Source: Catajapyx aquilonaris
Taxonomy: Eukaryota
Reading direction: 5' to 3'
DNA length: 47,582 nt
NCBI GenBank assembly: GCA_000934665.2
Contig: KZ538166.1
Coordinates: forward strand, 62,001-109,582
This document shows positions 37,801-47,582 of this stretch, one piece after another (the first letter of the stretch is position 1; every line of letters starts with the position of its first letter). Both the position numbers and the translations under genes were made by a program. The notes under the pieces were generated by a model that saw only the letters and a program-made list of their open reading frames with translations, was not told where the DNA came from and did not search any database.

Positions 37801-40800
37801 ACTCAAGTTTGCAGCCAAAATGAGTTTCTTTTACCTAATTACGCGGGCCGGGGGTAGAGGAAGGGGGGGGGGGGGGGANNNNNNNNNNNNNNNNNNNNNN
37901 NNNNNNGGATGGGGGACCTGGGAAAAGTGGGGTAGGGCGGGGGGGGGATAGATGGGAAGGGGGAGTTGGGTATAGGGGTAGCGCGAACGACCTGAAATTC
38001 ACTCCCATTTACAGCGTGTTGGGGGTGCAACATGGCCTAACCCTTGCAGCCGGAATTTTCGCAAGGCTTGTCTTTCTTGGCAAACCGAACGCTTTAGAGG
38101 GGGGGAAGGGCGGGAGTGTCCACACCACAGTTGGGGGGTTGCACCCAGCAAAAGGAAACATTTCGCACAGAGCCTTGGAATGTCTGCTGATATTGATTGG
38201 CGTGGTTGCAGTGGTTTCCACAGACGAGGGTTTCTCTTCCTGGCCAGTGATGCTCGATTCGTATTCGTTTTAATGAGGGGGTGAAGGGTAGGAGAGAAGG
38301 GAGCTTAGTTCCCCCCCCCCTCCTTCCCCCACTTCTCTCATTTCCCGATTTCCTGCTGCCAATTTCCAAGGCACAATGGCGTCTCGCTTCGCGGAAACTG
38401 GCCGGACATGAATGGTTCTCGAAAAATTGTACCTGCTACAAGGCACTTGATTAGCTCCGGCAAGATGAAATATGAACCGCAAATTAAATGCAATGAAGCT
38501 ATGGAAACTGAATTGACTGCACGTCTCATGATCCTCAATAGCTGGTTGCAAAATTCAATTTAACGTCACCATGAACATCTATGCACATTTAGGGTAGTCC
38601 AACAAGGAAGAACCTGGAAGAACCATTGCTTACTTAGTTGTTTGTGCTAAGCTTGAATAGTAGCAGTGCTTACAGTGCTCGGCATTTTTTTCTGAGCGTT
38701 ACATGAGATACATCTGCACGTACTGCTCAGTGCCCTGGAAAGAATATACTGTGTACATATCATGAATTGGGGAGTTTCCAGTATAGACGCGTCTATTATT
38801 TATGCTAGTACACAAGGTGCCGGTGACTCAGTATCTGCAGGAGGGGACATTTTTCAACCCGTACAGTGCACTCTAAGCAAAGCAAACATCACCCAAGTAG
38901 TGTAGCTTTTTTACATTACTCATGCAGAGATAGCGTAATGGTAGAGTAACGTGCCATGTTGTAAAAATGATGTCCTCCACCGTCTATCTGTAAGCGAACT
39001 ACTGCCGTGCCCTAATTTTCTCTCGTTTTTGCACTGATCTCTGCTACTGATGCAAGGCTTCAGTCAGAGTACTGTTTATGTACGAGGAAGCTGTCAGAGA
39101 GCTGTTTATTCACTATACAAACTGCAATCAAGTACCTACAGTATGTTTATAGGAAAGCTGTAATTATTTAACAACGCAAGTAGGCTATATATAATGCATG
39201 TGATGTACCGATACCGTTATAGAAACCGGTTTCGTTGTTAGTGAAACATTGCATTAAGGCACAAAAGATGCAGTGTACAGGCATCCTTATTATTTTAAGT
39301 ACAGTAAAAAGATTTTTGTTGAAAGTTGAAATGGCTTCTTGAGAGAGATCCTAAGGTTTTTCCTGGGCCAACAAAATGTTATTCTACATTCAAGAAATTC
39401 AACAAAACCCAGTTTAGATTACCATCAACTATACACCATTTAACTCCACTATCACTTACAGTAAAAACAAATGTTACATTCGCACTTGTCAGCGTCCAGG
39501 TCAGATCCAGGTCAAGATGACACTATTTTGCAAAATTACCTGGTGGTATATCAACACACACTGTATGAGATAGTCCTCTAAGTAATTCAGTGCCTTTCAT
39601 TCTGACATGTTCCTGTCCTATAGTTCTCGCAATATGGCCTCAGTTCCCTTTTTCCCTCCTATCATTTGGAACGCTCCTGTCAAGCACGCCTATATGCCTT
39701 GTGTAGGCAGCATACAATTCAGCTCATAGGACTGAAATTCATCACCACCAAACTCGCCTTGTTTTCCACAACTTTGCATTAGCGTTTGGAGGGAGTCGAT
39801 TGGCTGCAAACTAATCAACTACGGCCTCGCCCAAATTTACTCGCTCGGCGTACATTTTCATTTTGATTTATCGGTTATTCCCAAACCGGGACGTGGAAGA
39901 GAGGGGGGACATGCTTCCGACTGCGATAGAATACATAGCTTCGGATTCCAATTGTCTTTATGGACCAAAATTTTCCTCCAGTACTGAGTTTTGCTTTCAG
40001 TTTTTTTTTTACCTTCACTTTTCCTACTTGCCTGTGCAGTTCTAGGGTCGGTTAAAGGAAAAGGTCGAATCGTGGCTTGGCAGGGAGGGAATCTAGAGGA
40101 CGAATTATCATAATCGGCTCTAGACTGCATAATACAAGATATTTAAATCGATAATGAAAAGCAGGGTAGGGCTTGGAGGCCACCCCCGTCTTTCTGGATT
40201 AGGAGCTTTTCCCACTCTCTTCTTTTCCCTTTTTGCTAACCTGTCTTCCATTACTCCCACGCATTTTTATTTTATGACGAATAATTTTTTCAGTTACTTA
40301 TGCCCGAGCTTTTCGAGCGTAATATGCAAGTGCACGATGCCAGTACCTATGGGAGGAGGGGGAGGAATCGGAAATGATTTAGGAGAGAACGATCGATAGA
40401 TCTTATATATGCCGTGTTGGAGTATAGAGTAGCAAGCCACAAGATCGTTATCCAGCTCCCCCAAAAAATAACCTGTCAGAATTACCGGCCCTGCAGGAAG
40501 ACGACATCAACTTTGCAATCTCCTTCCTTTTCTTGCCCAGGCTCTTATATAGATAGCGAATAAATTCTCCATAAATACCATTTATAAGAAGAGCAGCCCT
40601 CCGAATAATCTGGAGATTTCATTCAGTAAAACGAATTTCGGAAAACCTTGCCAGAAGAGCGGGAGTGAAATGAGATTACATTATTTTTTTCCCCTTCCTC
40701 CTCCGTATTTTGGCCTAGAATCGTAATAACGCAGGTAATAAGGATGTGAGTGATATCTGAACCGAGTGCTCCCGTACACTCTCGGCTAATAACAATGATT

Positions 40801-43800
40801 ACTTCCTTCTACGATACCACTGATGCGAGTTGCCCTCACGGTAATAATATTGCGGAAGACTAGAAAAGCCTTTTCCATATACCCAGAACACTGCCCAAAG
40901 CCGTGAAAATCCCATTTCAGACATACAATTGAACTAGCAATTAGTCCAAAATGGCGCCGGTTACTCTCCGAAAGCGAGTCCCTGGATATATCGCAATTAT
41001 CCAGTCTATTCCCCTTACTAGTGTATTAAGGGTAACAGCTTGTCGGACAGCAAAGGACGATTTGGGCTCGAACGATGAAGGATAAAGTGGCGAAAGCAGC
41101 AGCACCGAATGTTCTGCCGCCAGCTGTCACCTAAATGACCGTGATGATATTTTGTTCCAGTCGTGGACTAGTGGGGAAGAGGGGAGCTGGAAAGGGGGGG
41201 AAACAGGGGAGAGGAAGGGAGGGGAAAAGCCCAGGCCATGATAAATTAATAAGGGCTGCATCGGGAGGTGGAAAGAGAACTTTTCGGTGGTTTTGTGTCG
41301 GTAATTATGCACTGCGGAGGACAGATGCAGTGTTGCAGCGCTCGTTTGTATACAAACAACCCTCGGAAAATTTTGGGAAGGAGCTCCGTGTGCTACTTGA
41401 GGCTCCGGAGATGACGCCGGCTTTATTGAATTCCCTGGAAAATACGATTTTCTCAGCCTCCAGGGATGGTTATTAGTAGTAAGTGGAAGAAATATGGACT
41501 GTTTAGAATTCGGAGGTTTTTGGCGCATGTGCCGTATATAAGACTTCTGCGCAGGATGTGATAGTAGGTCAACTTCACGTTAGAGGTCCAAACGTCTTGC
41601 AAGTTTTTTTTTAAAAAAGCCCTAATTGACAGATTTACTGGCATAAAATGTAGCCTGTATTGCTCCATTATTGGATTAGGGTATTGAATTTTTGCTGCCG
41701 ACACTGCATTGTGTAGGCTTAGTGCAGATCGGCTTATGATATTTGCTGCAACGGGGCTAAGCTATTATGTCTGAACACCTCGATTAATTGTTAATCGATA
41801 GTTATTGTCATTATTAGTGAATTAATATATTAATAATTAATCTATAATATTGTGCTGGCAGAGAACCGCATTGTTTGGATCGTGTGGTTCCACCGTCCAA
41901 TTCCATCATATAGTTTTGGGGGGGACACTTTTTCCTCAATTTGTCCCATCTATTTTTAGAGCAGACATCCAAATTGGGACAACTCGCTCGCAAACCGTAA
42001 ATGAAGATTAGACTACATTTGAAGTCTACCTTTGGACCACTTTCCCTTACTTCTGCGCCAAGTTGATAGGCGCAAAGATCCAGTTGCTTAATGAGCAATA
42101 AAACCCACGGCGCCACTAAACAAAGATTTTGGTCGTAACGGGCAAGTTTGCTGAAATGTAACGCCGAGTGTGGCAGTGTCCTTTAAATAGCATTTCTGTT
42201 TAAATGGTAATGATGGTGTACTTTTTCCGGAGTTCATGCATTCATAGCCAAAGGGGCCATCAAAAATGTGCCCAAAACCCTAAAAGCCTGCCGTAATTCT
42301 GGAATTATATTTCACTGTATGGGGATTAGCGGCGACAATTCTCGTGATGAATTATAGTGAATATAGCCTGAAATGGCTTGACACCAAGGTCAACGCAGGA
42401 TCGTAGTAAAATATTGATATCGCTTTTGCAAATGTGGATGCCTTCCGGACAATTCCGGAAAACGCTGCACATGATCGGAAAGTATTGCCGCTATATTTCC
42501 TGCTTAACTGCTCTTACCAAAGTGAAGAATGGCGCTTCGGAGTGCGTTTGGCAGCTCTTATTCCACGTGAAAAGTTTGATACTGAAGCATTACAGCCGTA
42601 ACAGACGGTTTCATTTTTTTAAAGTGTCCTCCTCTGCTTTTCTCTGGATATATATTGCATTTTTGGTGGAATTATCTGCTTGTGGTCGAAAAATCTTATT
42701 TGTACAGTTTAATCAAAATAATGGACCTTTGTGGGGGGGAAATTGACTGCCACTTTTATTAATAGGTAGAGCACGTCATTTTCCACAAAAAAAAAGTTGA
42801 AGTTTGGTAGGGGAGGGGGCAGAAAGTTCATCATAATCAAGATGGCAACGTTGACTAGCTTGGCACTTGTCTTGAATTGCCACAAGCAGCTTCTGCCACC
42901 GGAATGTGTTAAGCAAGTGGCAACATCCCGATTCTGTCTCATGAATCGGCAGCGAAATTCATTTCGAGCATGCAGTATCGGAAAGATCTTAACAAATTCC
43001 CAAGGAAGCAGATGAATCACGTAGATTGATGGTTATCGATATTGCACCCATCCGTAACCTTGATTAATCGTCCTCACTATCTCCGAAGCCGGACTTTTGG
43101 GGGAGAAGGCATGAGGGGGACCCCAGCCCTCTATTCTACCGCACTGACCAAAAAGGTTTCCAATGGCAGCAGCCGTTCCCTCTTCAAATGGGCTCCCTTT
43201 TTTATGTGCCATTTCTTCTTGGTCCGTTCCCCCGAGGGCAGTTGGAAACCCGCTGGCGGCGGCCGACCAATCAGCACCATGGCCCTAGTTGCCAAGACGT
43301 CGTGATTAGGAGCTGCGTTGCCGCGCTTGTAAGACGCAAGACCTCGCTCGCTCGCTTCTCGAGACCCGCTTATCGCGACAAGGATCCGACTTGGAACAGC
43401 TTTCTTCTCTCGGATATCATCTGAGATATGTACTCCTGCTGCGAAAACGCGCTTATGGCCCGTCAAGAAATCCGAGGTGAAGATTTGCTACGCGTGCGCC
43501 TAGGGCTGATCGCCTAGGGCTGGCCCACCCCCATTTTGCAAGTCGCATCATGTTTCGTCAGGTGGTGCGTCTCCCAGCTAGGGATCAGGCTCGTTGCCAT
43601 TCATAGGGACCGAAACATGTGCTGACACTGGGAGTCAAAAATGGCCCGAGGTTAGGTCAAGGGCCATGAAAATGAAGTAGCCAATTAACTCAGGTGGCTA
43701 CCAAGTTATCACCTCGTCTTTGTAGGTTTCCTCCAGCTAATTTGCCGGACTGAAGTCTCTCCTAACTAGATTGAGGCAGGCCAACCACCGATTTCTATGA

Positions 43801-44517
43801 AGTCCGGTCCAGCTTTGGGTCACGTCTGCGACCAAGGAAGCTAACAAAAATGAAATAAAAAGATGGGGGGGTGCATGGAAGGCATGCTGTAAACGGTTCC
43901 CTATGAATTTGCTCCGGACTTCCGGACCTCCTTTGTCCTCGTAAAGAAAGCGCCGGACGTGTACTCTACAGCTGCAGGCATGGGAGGCAGTCGGAGCGAA
44001 TCGAAGCCTATTGGAATTCCCTCCGCACCAGTCGATCTCCAGATTGAATCGGGAATGGAACTATATAGGGAAAGAACGCACCCCCTATATTATTGAAATG
44101 CATGAGCACGGAGACAAAAGTAGAAGGGGGACGGGGGAGGGGGGGGGAGAGTTGGGAGTCATTCCCCTACCAGCTATCCCAGTTGCGTCCAGGTCATTGA
44201 TGGACCTGCGAGATCCCATCTTCGCCTGCGAATATTAATGCGGATTTTTTTTTAAAATTCTTAATCAGCCAACATTTATTCGGGTGGCGTTTAGGTCATT
44301 TGGATGTGGCAGGGAATATCTATTTTTTGGAGGGTAGAGAATAGGGAGGGATCTAAAATCGCTTTGTCAGCTTTGGCCGTATGGTGCATTCTGGGTGGTT
44401 TTTCCAAATTTGCAAAGTGAATCGGTCGAATTCGAGGGTGAGAAATGGACCCGTCCTGATTTTCCCTGCCGTTGATTTGGGGGATCATGGGGATACTGTG
44501 ATCAACATGACAAGAAA

Positions 44518-44587
44518 GCTCCTGTGGCTCACTGGCGGAGCACGGGCATCTCTGCTCGAGGCCCGGGTTCGAATCCCGGCGGGGGCA
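44518..44587 (+). ncRNA. tRNA-like Pol III unit (tRNA pseudogene or tRNA-derived SINE head)
   Basis: Cloverleaf with acceptor GCTCCTG/CGGGGGC, D arm GCTC/GAGC, T arm CCGGG-TTCGAAT-CCCGG. A box TGGCTCACTGG at 44525-44535, B box GGTTCGAATCC at 44566-44576, TTTT at 44594-44597. The anticodon loop is only 6 nt (ATCTCT). Confidence 0.8.
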
Positions 44588-47489
44588 CCGACCTTTTACC
44601 TCCCACCTTGTTTCTCACTCCTCGTGTTCGTGCTAACTATAGGATTTCAATTAAAAGTGCAGTTGACTGCAAATGTAGCCTAATGATGCATCATACGGGG
44701 GTTTGCCACGTCATGGAAACCAAACTGGCATGCTTTTTGACGGACTCGATGACGTTCGTAATGGGGACAGTTTCAATTACAGTCATTAGGAAGGAGTGTT
44801 TCCCCGTGCAGGCGAATCATTTGAAAAATCACTATAGGTGTGTCTGAATAATGTCGCGGTTGCGTTGCTCTAGATGAACAATGCGTGATGTCAGTAATCA
44901 GTGGCACTGCTATACCGTGCGAATGTGAGGCGAGTCTATACCCTGCCTAAAAAAAAGGTCTCCAAGGGTCCTGACATGCCGGATGTCATACTAGTGTTAG
45001 CTCATTTTCTACCACCCCAGTGCACTGTAATCTCTAGTAAATTCAATTTCCCGCGATATTACATACTCCGACGAGAATTGATGTCAAGAACCTACATTTC
45101 ATGTGTATGATGAAGAATAAAAATACGCCTGCCCTTATCTATAGTGCACAAAGTAATAGTACAGACCACGTTATTTTAAAAGGCTGTTATAAATTACAAG
45201 TTGCAGGAAGGCTTCAATTTGACCAAAATAAGTGGTAATTACAATTGAAAATAAATGCTAAAACGAGCAATCTAATTAACGAGTCGGCAACACCATTACG
45301 ATTTTTTCGCACCAGTACGCAAAGTTGCTCGGGGAAATAATTGTGAGCAGAATAAGGGAATAGGGTAAATGCCGCGGTCAAGTCCGTGATTTCAATTTTT
45401 ACAGTATTTGTTTCATCCACGGAGATAATGGAATTTTGGCAACTCCTATGCCACCCCCACAGCTACACCCGACATTTTGAGGCAAATAGATTTATAGATT
45501 GACAACGTTCAGCGCTCAACACCACAAAAACTAGTTAGAGCTAAAAGTTGGTTGTTTCTACACTGTCGGTTGGTTATAGTCTCTCTCTGTCGCTCCCCCA
45601 CAAAATGCTCAGCTTTTGGCAGGTAAACCGAGCACGTAAAAATGAGGAGAAACATTACCGCATTCCGTTTAGCCAGACTGAACTATTTCGGTGGACTAGG
45701 TGACGGAACACTCCCCTCCCACTGTAATGACCCATTCCAGCAGAGTCTGCATTATGGAAACAGAGCGAGAGATGTTCTAAGAGTACATTGTAACCGCATC
45801 TCTGGGAACCGATGCCTCTCGCTTGTTTAGCCCGGATGACAACACCGCATGGGACAAATAATGCAGATGTTACGTCATTCATGGTGACTTGCCTCTGATG
45901 TGCATGTTTCACAGCAAATATGGCGATTCGGAGGTAAATTCCATTTTAATTGCCTTTCGCATGAACGGACAGCGAATCAGCAGAAATAAAGTGTTAAAGG
46001 TTGGCGCTTCTAAAAGTACGTTTTAAAAATTGAGTTATTTCCGCCTGCTCCTAGTTTATGGCACTGCATGCCATGTTGTGACACTACTGGTGTGCTGCAG
46101 AGACCCTGCTCTATTCGAGCGTAGACTCAAATTAGGCACATGCTTCACTCTATCATACATACACTCTGATCGGATAAAACCCATGCTAATTCCCCTACTT
46201 CCACATTGTGCCAAATTAGATGAGGGTTCCCAAATTCCAGAAGAAGAAAAAAAACCGGTCTGGACTTGCCAAGTTGACTAAGCACTCAATCTGAACGCCT
46301 CTTCCTCGGTGAAAAGTTATGGACTAGTAAGCCTTATCACGCAGGGGATTCTGAATAGGATCCGATGAGCCTTCCTCATTTGTGGGCACTCCCTCCTCCT
46401 CCCCTTACTTTTCCTTTCTTTTGGCTATCTAGAGAATTCATCCCATCTAGGACTCGGGCTTGAAAATTACCCGGGGCCTCATCACTCCAAGAGTGGCAAG
46501 CCGTGGATCATTGCGGTCATTACCGAAACATTTCCACTAGGCCTCATTTCCGACTTGGCACTATTCACTATGCCGGCAAAGCGTACCCCCCCCCCCCCNN
46601 NNNNNNNCCCTATCCAGCAGCCCCCTCCATTAGCATGGGAGGCGTTGATCCCCATGCAACGACCCCTACAGTCACTCAGAGTCGTAACCCCAATATAACC
46701 CCCACCACCCACTCTCAACCCTACTTCCACAGCCGCTCGCAATCACACGTCCTATTGACTTCCGCACTGGGAATGTGGATAGGAGCTTTTTTTCCTTTTT
46801 ATTTATAGTCTCTTGCTTTTAAACAGTAAATGATTCATATATGGTTGGTTTAATCAGCAGGGTTTTTTAGGTGTGGAGCTTGCGTATTTTCATGTTTTTT
46901 GCATTTTCTTATGTGCTATACTAAATCGGATGATGTACAAACAAAAAAAGGTGCAATATAGGTGCATGGACGGATCACGTGTGTTAATGAGGAATAAGCA
47001 GCTTATGTGTTCTGTAGTTTTGGTCTATTCACTGTGGTTTTGAAAAACTCTTTGTCAACAAATAAAGCGCTGGTACCAACACAGTTTAATATTTTAAAAA
47101 TGACGAAGCAGAAGCTGAACCGAGCCTTAGTAATGTTACAAAAGTGACGGATTTTACTAATGTAGCAATACGTCGCCACCATTACGTGTGGAAATGCAAT
47201 AAATAAGTTGGGTTCGTGTTGGCGCATATTAGGTAGCCGGTGGCAAGTTTCATCCCGCAGTTACAAACAACTATGGGGCTGTGTAGGGAAACAAATGGAA
47301 AAATAAAAAGTAGTCGAAGGATTATGCCAATACCATTGTCTCTTTTAGAGCACATTACATGTATACACAAGTAGCCTACTATTTTGGTGGTTACCCTTCC
47401 TAATTGCTCGTTCTCCCACGGTACAGTGTGCTGTGGGATATTCACAAAAATTAGCCAAAGTTCGTATTAGATGGAACAACACAGATATA

Positions 47490-47582
47490 CAGGGTGTATC
47501 TGAACTCAGTGCCCCGACGTATATGACTGCCTTCCTAGCCACCAGAGGATCGATTTAAGTATAGGAGTCATTATGTTTGGCC
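47490..47582 (+). mobile_element. Probable left end of another Tc1/mariner-like element running off the window
   Basis: TA then CAGGGTGT, the same terminal 8-mer as the MITEs at 18028 and 21760; the partner end is not visible. Confidence 0.4.

Noticed and set aside
38783..38796. 14-bp palindrome ATAGACGCGTCTAT; also the 12-bp GGTGAATTCACC at 24592
   Set aside because: Palindromes of this size are expected by chance in 47 kb.
43497..43522. 12-bp direct repeat CGCCTAGGGCTG
   Set aside because: Two copies 2 nt apart; a local duplication rather than an array or CRISPR.

Overview
Animal (most likely arthropod) genomic DNA that is almost all intron. Two clear coding exons on the + strand (9451-9617 and 31149-31299) splice in frame across a 21.5-kb phase-0 intron. 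Together they rebuild one complete Ig domain that, from recalled sequence, best matches neuromusculin (nrm)-like adhesion proteins. I found no flanking exons of the gene in the window. The best find is a candidate 24-33 nt frame-preserving microexon (17756-17788) inside that intron. It has four tandem CAG acceptors, a perfect GTAAGT donor, and UGC, UG-rich and TGCATG motifs typical of neural microexon control, and it would insert a tunable Q-rich peptide into the Ig fold. The introns also hold several foldback MITEs (Tc1/mariner-like and PIF/Harbinger-like), a tRNA-shaped Pol III unit with a defective anticodon loop, simple repeats and many poly-G/C tracts with assembly gaps. The other short ORFs in the track look spurious. 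I saw no prokaryotic-type system, CRISPR array or intact transposase.
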